A stretch of 64,000 nucleotides of DNA. Source: Cyanobacteria bacterium M_surface_10_m2_119 (GTDB taxonomy: Bacteria; Cyanobacteriota; Cyanobacteriia; PCC-6307; Cyanobiaceae). A model generated the notes under the pieces. It ran no database searches and was not told the DNA's origin. It was given only the letters and a program-made list of their open reading frames with translations. Below are positions 1 through 8,634 of this stretch, piece by piece. Both the position numbers and the translations under genes were made by a program. How positions within the stretch are numbered: the stretch's first letter is position 1; every line of letters begins with the position of its first letter. The stretch covers positions 77,378-141,377 of the forward strand of contig VGPU01000001.1 in assembly GCA_016882525.1 (NCBI GenBank), read 5' to 3'.

Positions 1-138
1 CTCCTCGAGCAGCCGCTCCACGATCTTCCCGCGGCTGCGCAGTCCGTATTCCGCCTTCAGCCCGTCGATCTGCTCAATTAGGGCTTCGGGGAGCTTGAGG
101 TTGATGGACCGGCGAACCCGCTGCTGCTCCTCATCCAT
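1..138 (-). CDS. Small ribbon-helix-helix (CopG/Arc-like) protein, N-terminal 46 codons; the gene runs off the window start
   Basis: My own reverse-strand translation from the ATG at 138-136 gives MDEEQQRVRRSINLKLPEALIEQIDGLKAEYGLRSRGKIVERLLEE. This shows the strand-helix-helix pattern of RHH DNA-binding proteins. It is not in the ORF track because it is short and partial. Confidence 0.4.
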   Translation of the reverse strand, partial: MDEEQQRVRRSINLKLPEALIEQIDGLKAEYGLRSRGKIVERLLEE

Positions 139-165
139 CCCGGCTGCTCAGCAATGGATTGGCAC

Positions 166-1734
166 TCAGCGGCCCATCAGGCCACGGATGATCTCCTGCT
201 GTGCCTCCAGGGCCTCCCGATAGCGATCCTCAAGGGGTTGTTGGGCCGGGAGGGTGCCCACGGGCGGCTGCCTGAACTGCGGCAGGGGCCTGGGCATGGT
301 CCGTTCTGCGGAAGGCTGCAGGGGCCTTGGGCCGAGCAGGGGGTTCGGGGTCTGCGGTTGCGGCCTGGTCGGCGCGGGCATGGCCGGAGGGCTTGCAGTT
401 GCAGCGGCAGTCTGCTGAGCCTGGCGGGCCTGCACAACCGCCAGCTGGCTGGCTGGCACCACGCTCAGCAGATGGCCCGGTGTGGCATCGGCTGGGTAGA
501 CCAGGCTCACCCGAACAGGGTTGACGACCCCGGGCTTGAGATTGAGCGTGGTGAGCGCATGGCTATCCCCGGAACGCATGCCCAGGTGCATCTCCTGCAA
601 CCCTTCATCCGTGCGCACCTGCAGGGAGCCCCGGAAGGCGACAAAGGGCCTGCCTCCCGCCAGGGTTGGATGGCTCAGCACCAGCTCATAGGGTCCCGAT
701 CCCTTCAGTTTCAGATCAACGTCAAAGCGCACTCCATAGGTGCCGACGTTGTCGAGTGAAGAGTCGAGCATGCGGCTGGCGAGCGGATTGACCTGCACAT
801 CGCGGGTTCCGAAGTGATGCCGGCTGGTGCTGGTGAGAGGCACATGCAGCGCACCCTCCGCCTTCAGGTCGTGACGGAGCGACGCGGTGTAGGTGTCTCC
901 GATGGCCACGCCTCCCACCCTGGAGAAGACCCGCCGGCTCTGGATGTCGGCAATCCGGTTGAGGTACACCCGGCCAGGAGCAAGGCGTCGCTGGTCCAGA
1001 ACGGCCACCAGATCCGCGTCACTGCCCGGGCCTGGTGCGGCGACCACCGCCATCTGGAACGGGCCGTTGCTCCGGCCCCTCAGCAGGCCGTTGGCGATAC
1101 CCAGGGCAGGCAGCTGGGTGCGCAGCAGCACGATCCTGCTCCGGGGGGGAATCACCACCAGGTCGCTGAGATTGCGGTCGAGCTGGTCGCGCAGCATCTG
1201 CACAGCAGTGGCATCCCCGGGTCCGGTGTTCCAGGGACGCCGACCCAGGGGTTTCACCCCGAGCAGGTTGTTGGCCAGGTAAGGGGCCTCAAAGCTGTTG
1301 CGAACGGCACCGCGATCGAACTGGATGCTGACGGGGACCCGTCCTGGGTTGATGAGGATCACTCCCAGGGTGAGCTCGGTGCGCCGCTCACCGGCTCGGA
1401 TCTGGCTGCGGTAGCTCGGGAAGTATTTGTGATGCATGTGCAGCCCGAACTCACCGTTGAAGGTGTATTCGGCGTTCCGCAGGGCCATGCCGTTCTCGGC
1501 GGCGTAGGAGACGCCTGGCGTCGTGGAGATCAGGATGCCGGGGCCCTCCACCTCCTCGGGCTGGTTCGAGTGGAGCACCGGCACCTGGTTGAAGGTGCCG
1601 TTGAGCGGCTTGGCCCGTTGACCGGACATCAGGGCGACATCGGCCAGGGCTGCCGGATGGGGCGCCACGGCCGTGAGACCCAGAAGCACTGCTGAGACCG
1701 AACGCAGGGCCGTGGCGGGGACGAGGAAACTCAA
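166..1734 (-). CDS. Conserved cyanobacterial secreted protein (DUF3370-like; family name recalled from memory)
   Basis: 522-aa ORF with a signal-like N-terminus (MSFLVPATALRSVSAVLLGLTAVAPHPAALA), a large non-repetitive body and a Pro/Gln-rich C-terminal tail. It has a TTG start and a TGA stop. Codon third positions are G/C-rich, like the neighbouring genes. Confidence 0.65.
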   Translation of the reverse strand: MSFLVPATALRSVSAVLLGLTAVAPHPAALADVALMSGQRAKPLNGTFNQVPVLHSNQPEEVEGPGILISTTPGVSYAAENGMALRNAEYTFNGEFGLHMHHKYFPSYRSQIRAGERRTELTLGVILINPGRVPVSIQFDRGAVRNSFEAPYLANNLLGVKPLGRRPWNTGPGDATAVQMLRDQLDRNLSDLVVIPPRSRIVLLRTQLPALGIANGLLRGRSNGPFQMAVVAAPGPGSDADLVAVLDQRRLAPGRVYLNRIADIQSRRVFSRVGGVAIGDTYTASLRHDLKAEGALHVPLTSTSRHHFGTRDVQVNPLASRMLDSSLDNVGTYGVRFDVDLKLKGSGPYELVLSHPTLAGGRPFVAFRGSLQVRTDEGLQEMHLGMRSGDSHALTTLNLKPGVVNPVRVSLVYPADATPGHLLSVVPASQLAVVQARQAQQTAAATASPPAMPAPTRPQPQTPNPLLGPRPLQPSAERTMPRPLPQFRQPPVGTLPAQQPLEDRYREALEAQQEIIRGLMGR

Positions 1735-1918
1735 ACTGCGTGGGGGTTCGGAGTGGCGGTCGTCCTGGCCCCACCAGGTCTGACGGGCTCAGAACGAGGG
1801 AGCAGGCTGGGGGCCGGACGGGGCCTCAGGGATCGGGAGTTGGGCTGAGGAGAGCGGGAGACCGATCGGTACAGATCACGCTCGCCATGGGCGGGCGAGT
1901 GGCTAGAACCGTGAAACT

Positions 1919-2125
1919 TTGGAGCATAAGGCCATGCTTCCGCTGTTCAGCTGCTGCACCGATTCCAGTTCCGCCGGTGACGCCCTGCGTCGCCACCAGG
2001 AACGCAAGCTGCGCATGCTGCGCTTCTGGCGCGATGGGGCCGAACGTCAGGTGGCAGCCCTGGAAGCCGCCATCAGCACCCTCGAACGGCAGATGCAGCG
2101 GGATGGCAGCCAGGCCCAGGGCTGA
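1919..2125 (+). CDS. Small hypothetical protein (likely starts at the ATG at 1934: MLPLFSCCTDSS...)
   Basis: 68-aa track ORF (TTG) with an in-frame ATG at residue 6. It has genome-typical GC3 codon usage and a coiled-coil-like C-terminal half (RQVAALEAAISTLERQMQ). It overlaps the 3' end of the convergent sigma-factor gene by 53 nt. Confidence 0.4.
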   Translation: MEHKAMLPLFSCCTDSSSAGDALRRHQERKLRMLRFWRDGAERQVAALEAAISTLERQMQRDGSQAQG

Positions 2126-2813
2126 GCTGCTGACGAAGCCCGTCCAGGCCCCTCCGTAGCCGCCTCTGCACGGTCATCGCGCTGATCTCCAGGGCCTTTC
2201 CGGTGCGCCGGTAGCTCCATCCAGCCAGCACGACCCGTTCGAGCACCTCGCGCTGGTCATCCGGCAAATCCCGGAGCAGTTTCCTCGGATCGAGCTCAGG
2301 CCCGTTTGCTCCCTCTCCGGCGGCCTCCAGCCCCGGGCCTGGCACATCCTCATCCGGAAGGTCATCCAGGTTGAGAGGGCGGCGGCTTGCACCGGCAGCG
2401 AGCAGCCGCTGCCACTGCCCCTCATTGATGCCCAGCTGCTGCTGCATGGCAGCGGCGGACATGGCCTGCGGCTGAAGCCCCTGCAGTCGGATCAGTTGCA
2501 GACGCTGTTCCTCCAGTCGGCGTGGCAGCCGCACCACCGGGGCTTCATCGCGCAGGTAGTGGAGGATGGATCCCCTCACGTGGGGGCGGGCAAAGGCTTC
2601 GAAGGGAATGCCACTCTCCTGGCGATAGAGCTCGGCGGCTCGCAACAGCCCCAGCAGTCCCACCTGCACCAGGTCATCGAGGGGTTCGGCGCAGCGCCGG
2701 TGGTAGTGCAGGGCGATCGGCCGCACCAGGTGGCGGTACTGCTCGATCCTGGCGTTGCGCCGCTGAATGGCCTGGCGGCCCGTGCAGAGTCGCTTGGCGG
2801 CTGTGGTGGTCAT
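2073..2813 (-). CDS. Group 3 (SigF-like) sigma-70 family RNA polymerase sigma factor
   Basis: 246 aa. A region 2-like segment (DDLVQVGLLGLLRAAELY, FEAFARPHVRGSILHYLRD) and a region 4 helix-turn-helix (SYRRTGKALEISAMTVQRRLRRGL) are present. There is no region 1.1 or long spacer. Confidence 0.85.
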   Translation of the reverse strand: MTTTAAKRLCTGRQAIQRRNARIEQYRHLVRPIALHYHRRCAEPLDDLVQVGLLGLLRAAELYRQESGIPFEAFARPHVRGSILHYLRDEAPVVRLPRRLEEQRLQLIRLQGLQPQAMSAAAMQQQLGINEGQWQRLLAAGASRRPLNLDDLPDEDVPGPGLEAAGEGANGPELDPRKLLRDLPDDQREVLERVVLAGWSYRRTGKALEISAMTVQRRLRRGLDGLRQQLSPGPGCHPAASAVRGC

Positions 2814-2912
2814 GGCTGTGGCTGAACAGAGAAGGGAATCGCGTCGATGGCTGGATCGAGCGAGCGGGTCGCCGGCTGGCTGCCCCTTTCCACCCAGCTC
2901 CAGCAGCCCGAC

Positions 2913-3812
2913 TCAGCGCAACCGGGAAACCACCGAATCGCTCGAAGGAGTGGCCACCTCCTGCAGCAGGCGCCAGGGACCGTGCTGCTCCAGCCACTTC
3001 AGATCGGAACCTGTGGTGGCCAGCAGATAGCCGGCGAAGCCCAGGGCATTGAGGCTGAAGCCGGCGCAGTGCTCCCGTTCGCGCCGCACCATCAGGAACC
3101 AGTCGTCATCGAACAGCAGGTTGTAGGGGTGGCGGGGTTGCGGATCCCCTGCGGGGTCACCGAGTCCCAGGTGGGCCGCATGCTCCCGGTAGAGCTGATT
3201 CAGCTCCTGTGCGACGTCATGCCTTGAGGGCTTTTGCCGGCCTGCAACCACCGGTGGCAGCAACCGCCTGCCCAGGCTGTAGCACCAGGGCCAGCGACTC
3301 TGCTCACCCGCCAGCTGGGCCAGGAGGTGGGGGGCCAGGGGACAGCTGACCGATCCGGCTTTCCGGGGGAGCAGCTGCAGATGGCGATGGGGCTGGCTGG
3401 CGCCGGCTGCGGCGCAGCTGTTGAAGAACCACAGGCCCCCGGTGTCCGCCAACACCTGGGCCACGGCTCCCCAGTCAGTGGGCTGGAGCCAGCCACCCTG
3501 GGGCTGCCACTGCTGGGTGATCACCAGCAGGTGGCCGGGCTGCACGGGAAATTTGTTGAGGAGCAGCACATGGTCCTCGCCAAGGCTGTCGACCTGGAGG
3601 CTGGGCTCCCAGGGCAGGAACGGGTTGGGCCTGGGCCCGCCGGCCCGCAGGTGCTTGGGGGTGCGGCTCAGGAGTCTGCGCAGCACGAACGGCTCCATCC
3701 CCCGGCCCGCCATCACCTCGGTCGTGAGGGGTACGAGGGCTCCCACCTCCAGGGCCTCCTCGGAGCGCTGCAGCGCGGCCTGCCAGAACCGCCCGTGCCG
3801 CTCCATCGTCAC
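2913..3812 (-). CDS. ATP adenylyltransferase / Ap4A phosphorylase II-like HIT-superfamily protein
   Basis: 299 aa. It has an LLNKFPV..GHLLVIT segment, a histidine motif QPHRHLQLLP, and C-terminal ...YNLLFDDDWFLMVRRERE typical of the Apa2-like family. Its GTG start overlaps the stop of the upstream SpoIID gene. Confidence 0.7.
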   Translation of the reverse strand: MTMERHGRFWQAALQRSEEALEVGALVPLTTEVMAGRGMEPFVLRRLLSRTPKHLRAGGPRPNPFLPWEPSLQVDSLGEDHVLLLNKFPVQPGHLLVITQQWQPQGGWLQPTDWGAVAQVLADTGGLWFFNSCAAAGASQPHRHLQLLPRKAGSVSCPLAPHLLAQLAGEQSRWPWCYSLGRRLLPPVVAGRQKPSRHDVAQELNQLYREHAAHLGLGDPAGDPQPRHPYNLLFDDDWFLMVRREREHCAGFSLNALGFAGYLLATTGSDLKWLEQHGPWRLLQEVATPSSDSVVSRLR

Positions 3813-4765
3813 CCGCCGGTCCCGGCCTTCAGACGGGCCAGGGAGGCCCCCCGGTAGTAGTGCCCGAGGATCTGGTTGTAGCGGTACCCCTTCTCGGCCA
3901 GGTCCTGGGCGCCGTGCTGGCTCATGCTCGCCCCGAGGTGGCCATGGGCCTCATTGACGATCTGCTGGGTGGCGGCGTAGAGGGACTCGACGATCCCCCC
4001 TTGATAGCTGAGGATCAGTCCAGCTGTGCTGGCAGCAACCTGCTGGGTGCGGGGATGGACGCTGCCAAGTCCACGATAGGCCTGCCATCGGGTGGTGTCC
4101 CCCAGGTGCCAATGCCGGTTGGCGGGTCTGGCCATATGGGCCAGGGCATAGGAGCGGGCGGCGACGGCCTGGGCACGCAGGGCCTCCATGGACCAGCTGC
4201 TCGGCATCTCAGCCCCCACCACCGAGCTGATGTAGCGCTCCAGCCCCAGGTGATTGACCAGGCGCAGTCCACCGTCCTGCTGGATGAGCCGCAGACGGCC
4301 GGCGTAGGGGGCCCCATTCACGAGCAGGGCATCACCGCCGGTCTGCAGCCAGGCCTCCGGGCCAGCAGCCCAGAGGTTGTCGAGCTGCACCCTCTCCCCG
4401 GCCTGGCCCTGCTGTAGCAAGGAGCCATCGCGGCCGACGAGTTGCCACGGCCCCGTCGCCGAGAGCTGGGGGGAGGAGCCTGCCCGCAGCAGGGCCACCC
4501 GGATTTCGAGATCCACAGGTGCAGCCGCAGCAGGCTCCACCAGGCCAGCGGGCTGGCCTTCGGGCGTCGGGGAGCCCGGGGCAGTGCCCTTGCCGCGCAT
4601 CGCCTGCAGCTGGCTCAGCGGGTCACTGGTGGCGCCGGTCTCCACTGGGGTGTTCTCTGGCGGCACCTCCAGCAGCGTGTCAAGCAGCTCGGCATCGCTG
4701 ATCGCCTGGGGACGGGGCACCAGGCCCTGGGCCGCGAAGCCGACGGTGAGCGCCACGGCACCCAT
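3809..4765 (-). CDS. SpoIID/LytB domain-containing protein (peptidoglycan remodelling)
   Basis: The C-terminal ~250 aa of the 568-aa track ORF carry the SpoIID signature (LERYISSVVGAEMPSSWSMEALRAQAVAARSYAL ... ILSYQGGIVESLYAATQ ... GASMSQHGAQDLAEKG). I placed the start at residue 251 (MGAVALTVGF..., ATG at 4765) because upstream codons overlap the PhzF gene. A slightly more upstream non-ATG start is possible. Confidence 0.85.
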   Translation of the reverse strand: MGAVALTVGFAAQGLVPRPQAISDAELLDTLLEVPPENTPVETGATSDPLSQLQAMRGKGTAPGSPTPEGQPAGLVEPAAAAPVDLEIRVALLRAGSSPQLSATGPWQLVGRDGSLLQQGQAGERVQLDNLWAAGPEAWLQTGGDALLVNGAPYAGRLRLIQQDGGLRLVNHLGLERYISSVVGAEMPSSWSMEALRAQAVAARSYALAHMARPANRHWHLGDTTRWQAYRGLGSVHPRTQQVAASTAGLILSYQGGIVESLYAATQQIVNEAHGHLGASMSQHGAQDLAEKGYRYNQILGHYYRGASLARLKAGTGG

Positions 4766-4809
4766 CGGCAGGGCCAGGAGTAACTGACGGCTCAGAGGGT
4801 TGCGGAGCC

Positions 4810-5742
4810 TCAGCCCAAGAGGGAGCTCCAGGCGTCGGGGTCGGAAGGCGAGCACCCGTTGGCACCAAGTTGCAAGGTTCCGTCCCACAGGAGATGCCCC
4901 GCACCCGTCAGGCGGATCATGCCTGAGGAAACGGCCTCGCAGCGCATGCCACCCGGCCGGTGTGAGCACTGCCATCCCACGGTGTGCGTCCTGCCGAGCC
5001 GCTCCAGCCACCACGGGGCCACCAGCGCGTGGGCCGACCCGGTGACCGGATCCTCCGGAATGCCCAGGCCCGGGGCCAGGAAGCGGAGCTGGTAGTCGCA
5101 GGGCTCGCCCAGCACCTGGGGCGGGGAGCCGGCCACCCCGCCCTCGAGGGGCTGCATCAGCAGCAGGCCGCCCCGCTCCGCCTGCGGCATGCCCTCCACC
5201 GGCAGGTGGGCAGCGGCCAGGGGGGCAGCGGCGGTGAGCAGCACCACCCGATAACCGAGGGGCGACTGCCAGTAGGCCTCGGGTCGGGCCCCCAGGTGCT
5301 GGTGCAGGTACGCCAAAAGGTTGGCACCGGCCTCTGCTGGCACCAGGCCACTGCTGGGGAGCACGATCGAGGCCCGCGTCGGCCCGGTGGTGGCCCGCCC
5401 ACCCAGGCGCACGTCCAGGGCGCCACTGCGGCTGTACAGGGCCAGCGATTGCCGGGCCAGCAGCTTGCCCCAGTGCCCCAGGGCCAGGGTGGCGGCCAGG
5501 GTGGCATGGCCGCACAGCGCCACCTCACAGGTGGGGGTGAACCAACGCAGCAGCCAGGCACCCGAAGGGTGCTGCCAGAGAAAGGCTGTCTCTGACTGGT
5601 TCAGGCTGCGGGCGATGGCCTGCAACGGCGGCGCCGGCAGGGGCCGTTCGAGCAGCACCACGGCGGCTCCATTGCCGCCGCAGGGCGTCTCGGTGAATGC
5701 CTCCACGAGCACCGCCGGCAAGGCGCAGGGGCTGGAGATCAT
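4810..5742 (-). CDS. PhzF-family (phenazine biosynthesis-like) isomerase
   Basis: 310 aa. The family text is VEAFTETPCGGNGAAVVLL ... SETAFL ... RWFTPTCEVALCGHATLA ... EDPVTGSAH. It shares a 4-nt ATGA overlap with gpsA upstream. Confidence 0.85.
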   Translation of the reverse strand: MISSPCALPAVLVEAFTETPCGGNGAAVVLLERPLPAPPLQAIARSLNQSETAFLWQHPSGAWLLRWFTPTCEVALCGHATLAATLALGHWGKLLARQSLALYSRSGALDVRLGGRATTGPTRASIVLPSSGLVPAEAGANLLAYLHQHLGARPEAYWQSPLGYRVVLLTAAAPLAAAHLPVEGMPQAERGGLLLMQPLEGGVAGSPPQVLGEPCDYQLRFLAPGLGIPEDPVTGSAHALVAPWWLERLGRTHTVGWQCSHRPGGMRCEAVSSGMIRLTGAGHLLWDGTLQLGANGCSPSDPDAWSSLLG

Positions 5743-6671
5743 GCGACGGAGTGCGGCGGAACCGATTCCGGACGCAGGTTGCGCCCCATCAAGGCTCGGC
5801 TGGCCTCCAGCGGACTCCTGCGCGCCTCGATCACCTCCACCACCTGCTCACAGATGGGCAACGACCATCCCTCGCGCAGGGCCAGCGCCACGGCTGCGGA
5901 GGCCGTGCGCAGGCCTTCGACCGTCGCATCGATGCGACGCAGGGCCTCCACCGCCGGGCAGCCCTCCGCCAGCAGGAGGCCGCAGCGGTAGTTGCGGCTG
6001 AGGGGGCTGGTGGCGGTGGCGAGCAGGTCCCCCAGCCCGGCCAGGCCGTAGAGCGTGGAGGGGCAGCCGCCAAGACCCTGGAGCACCACCCCCATCTCGG
6101 CCAGCCCGCGGGTGAGCAGGGAAGCACGGGCATTGGCACCGAGTTGCAGGCCATCGCACAGGCCGGCAGCCAGGGCCATCACGTTTTTCAGCGCGCCCGC
6201 CACCTCCGTGCCGATGGGATCACTGTTGGTGTACAGGCGAAGGGTTTCTCCACTCAGTTCGCCCTGCAGACGGGCGGCCAGACCAGGATCCGCACTCGCG
6301 ATCACGCTGGCGGCCGGCAATCCGCTTGCGAGTTCGCTCGCCAGGTTCGGCCCGCTGAGCACGGCCATGGGGGTGAGGAGCTGCTGCTCCCAGAGCTGGG
6401 TGGCGCTCAGCAGCCGCTTGGGGTCGATGCCCTTGGTGCAGCTCAGCAGGGGCAGGGCCTCAGGCCAGTGGGGAGCCAGCTGCACCGCTAGGGGCTTCAC
6501 GCCGGCCATGGCAACGGCCGCCACCGCCAGATCACAATCCCCGAGCAGGGCGGCTGGATCTCCCCCCTCGCGGCGGGTCCAGCTGCGCAGCTGGTGCCCC
6601 TGCCGCTGCCAGAGCTCCAGCAGGGTGGTGCCCCAGGCGCCTCGGCCGAACAGGGCAATCCGCAGGGGCAT
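5739..6671 (-). CDS. gpsA: NAD(P)H-dependent glycerol-3-phosphate dehydrogenase
   Basis: 310 aa. It has an N-terminal Rossmann motif (IALFGRGAWGTTL) and GpsA core motifs (SGPNLASE, TEVAGALKNVMALAAG, GLGDLLATATSPLSRN). Confidence 0.9.
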   Translation of the reverse strand: MPLRIALFGRGAWGTTLLELWQRQGHQLRSWTRREGGDPAALLGDCDLAVAAVAMAGVKPLAVQLAPHWPEALPLLSCTKGIDPKRLLSATQLWEQQLLTPMAVLSGPNLASELASGLPAASVIASADPGLAARLQGELSGETLRLYTNSDPIGTEVAGALKNVMALAAGLCDGLQLGANARASLLTRGLAEMGVVLQGLGGCPSTLYGLAGLGDLLATATSPLSRNYRCGLLLAEGCPAVEALRRIDATVEGLRTASAAVALALREGWSLPICEQVVEVIEARRSPLEASRALMGRNLRPESVPPHSVA

Positions 6672-6729
6672 CGGCCAGGCGCCTCAGCAGAACTGACTGC
6701 CATCATGCGCCAGACCTGCACCGCTGCCG

Positions 6730-7512
6730 GTGTCCGGATCCATCACACCGGCGTCCCCCTCCCCGCCATGGGCTGGTGGGCCCCTGCGTGAATGGCAGGG
6801 TCGGGCCCTGGTGGTCGGGGGCGGCGGCATCGGTCGGGCCCTTGTGGCTGATCTGGCTGAGCGGGCCCCCGCACTCGAGCTGGTGATGACCTCGCGGTCA
6901 CCGCAGCCCCCCGACCTGGCGACACGCGTCCGGGTGCTCGCTGTCGACCTGGCCACCGACCAGAGCCTCCTAGGCCTGCGGGAATCACTGACTGGGGGGG
7001 CACCCCTGCGGCTGGTGGTGTGCTGCGCGGGTCTGCTGCACGCTCCTGATCTCCAGCCGGAGAAGCGGCTGGCCCAGGTGCGGCGATCTGCGCTCGAGCG
7101 CTCGTTTGCCGTGAATGCCTTCGGCCCTCTGCTGCTGGCCCAGGCTCTCGAGCCGTTGCTCCCCCGAGACCTCCCCTTCCATTTCGCCAGCCTGTCCGCC
7201 CGGGTGGGGAGCATCGGCGATAACCGCCTCGGCGGCTGGTATGCCTACCGGGCCGCCAAGGCGGCCCAGAACCAGCTGCTCCACACCCTGGCCCTGGAAT
7301 GGCGCCGCAGGCTGCCCCTGGCCTGCGTCAGCCTGATGCACCCCGGCACCACCGCCACGTCCCTGTCAGGCCCGTTTCAGGGGTCGGTACCACCAGAGCG
7401 GTTGTTCAGCCCCCGGCGGGCGGCCAGCCAGCTGCTGGATGTGCTGGAGCGACTCACCCCCGAGCAGAGCGGTCAGTTCTGGGCCTGGGACGGGCAACCC
7501 ATCCCCTGGTGA
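6730..7512 (+). CDS. Short-chain dehydrogenase/reductase (C-factor-like SDR)
   Basis: 260 aa. It has the glycine-rich motif ALVVGGGGIGRAL, NAFGPLLL, and the catalytic YAYRAAKAA (YxxxK). It has a GTG start and is divergent from gpsA. Confidence 0.75.
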   Translation: MSGSITPASPSPPWAGGPLREWQGRALVVGGGGIGRALVADLAERAPALELVMTSRSPQPPDLATRVRVLAVDLATDQSLLGLRESLTGGAPLRLVVCCAGLLHAPDLQPEKRLAQVRRSALERSFAVNAFGPLLLAQALEPLLPRDLPFHFASLSARVGSIGDNRLGGWYAYRAAKAAQNQLLHTLALEWRRRLPLACVSLMHPGTTATSLSGPFQGSVPPERLFSPRRAASQLLDVLERLTPEQSGQFWAWDGQPIPW

Positions 7513-7519
7513 GCCCGTC

Positions 7520-7915
7520 TCAGGCTGCGTGTTGGCGCAGAAGGTCCAGGGAAATCACCTCCAGGGTTCCCAGGGCCGTCGCGGTCAGACGCACGGGGGG
7601 TGCCATGCCGTCCTCGTAGGCCTCCAGCCAACGCGGCGCACAGACGCACCAGTGGTCCCCGGGCCGGAGCCCGGGGAAGCCGTACTGGGGAGCAGGGGTG
7701 CTCAGGTCGTTGCCCTGGGCCCGGCTGTAGCTCAGGAAGGCCTCGTTGACGACGCAGCAGACGGTGTGCCGCCCCAGATCACTGGGATGGCTCTGGCAGT
7801 AACCATCACGGAACCAACCGGTGAGCGGGGCACAGCTGCAGAGCTCGAGGGGCTCCCCAAGCACGTTCAGGGCGCTCTCTGCTGCGGAAGGATTGCTGGG
7901 GTTGGGGGAGGTCAT
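7520..7915 (-). CDS. DUF2237 family protein
   Basis: The start is taken at the ATG of residue 14 (MTSPNPS...). The conserved Cys-rich text is LELCSCAPLTGWFRDGYC ... HTVCCVVNEAFL ... GDHWCVCAPRW. Confidence 0.65.
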   Translation of the reverse strand: MTSPNPSNPSAAESALNVLGEPLELCSCAPLTGWFRDGYCQSHPSDLGRHTVCCVVNEAFLSYSRAQGNDLSTPAPQYGFPGLRPGDHWCVCAPRWLEAYEDGMAPPVRLTATALGTLEVISLDLLRQHAA

Positions 7916-8068
7916 CGGTGCGGTCTGGATGGGCAATCGGCACGGCCAGGCCAACGGCAGGTTCAGCGGTCAGCCCGGGAAAACTGGCCCAGGTGGTTGA
8001 CGGATTGCGGGGGTGAGGCATTAGAGGTCGGTGACGCGTTACATCCGTCGTTCTGCGCGCCCCCCTTC

Positions 8069-8296
8069 ATGAGCTGGGAATTCACCGAAGATGCGGCCTT
8101 TCTGGCCCTCTGTGACGCCTACAAGGAGAGCGGTGAACCCTCCGCCATGGAGTTCCTTGCCCACGGGGAAGGGGCCTTCCATTTCCAGGAGCTCACCCAG
8201 AACGCCGCCGGTGAGGGCATCGATCTGAGTGATTCCTCCGATCTGGAGGAATTCCAGCAGGAAGTGATCGACGCCCTTGAGGACCTCTGCAGCTGA
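8069..8296 (+). CDS. Small acidic hypothetical protein (75 aa)
   Basis: It begins at an internal ATG of the long shadow ORF 7439..8296: MSWEFTEDAAFLALCDAYKESGEPSAMEFLAHGEG...EEFQQEVIDALEDLCS. The amino-acid composition is realistic and GC3-biased, unlike the Arg/Gly/Ala-rich upstream part of the ORF. Confidence 0.45.
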   Translation: MSWEFTEDAAFLALCDAYKESGEPSAMEFLAHGEGAFHFQELTQNAAGEGIDLSDSSDLEEFQQEVIDALEDLCS

Positions 8297-8303
8297 GTTG
8301 GCC

Positions 8304-8576
8304 TCAGCCGTAGAAGAAGGCGACCTCCTTGGGTTTGAGGCCGTCCCAACCCGCGGCCTGCAGGCGCGCATCGAGCGTGGCCTGGTCCAAGTGCTTCGAA
8401 CCGGTCTTGACGATGCGGTTGCGCATGGACTTCTTCACCCCACTGCGAGCGCGCTGGGCCTCAAGGTCCATCACCTCGTTGTAGAGGGCCAGCATTTCAG
8501 CCGGGATCGGCGTGCCGTCGAGGTCAAAACCTGCCTTGATCGCCGCATCCACGCCGTCGGGACCTGCAATTGCCAT
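8304..8576 (-). CDS. Conserved hypothetical protein (90 aa)
   Basis: MAIAGPDGVDAAIKAGFDLDGTPIPAEMLALYNEVMDLEAQRARSGVKKSMRNRIVKTGSKHLDQATL... The composition is balanced and Lys-containing, which is unusual for a shadow ORF at this GC content. The overlapping plus-strand ORF looks like a shadow. Confidence 0.55.
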   Translation of the reverse strand: MAIAGPDGVDAAIKAGFDLDGTPIPAEMLALYNEVMDLEAQRARSGVKKSMRNRIVKTGSKHLDQATLDARLQAAGWDGLKPKEVAFFYG

Positions 8577-8634
8577 GGGGTCTTGGATCGATGCCAGCCC
8601 AGGCTAGGGCTGGGGCCCTGGGGGCTGGTGCCAA

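Noticed and set aside
3809-5515. The full 568-aa track ORF as the SpoIID gene, with similar long 5' extensions of the sbcC, pgi, DUF4330, DUF1257, hydrolase and cyclophilin ORFs.
   Set aside because: The upstream parts overlap neighbouring well-supported genes and have Arg/Pro/Gly-rich shadow composition. Internal ATG or GTG starts placed just after the upstream gene give proteins of family-typical length.
8594-8613. The hairpin CCAGCCC-aggcta-GGGCTGG just downstream of the metH stop as an intrinsic terminator.
   Set aside because: No U-tract follows on the metH strand and the stem is only 7 bp. I cannot support a terminator call from sequence alone.
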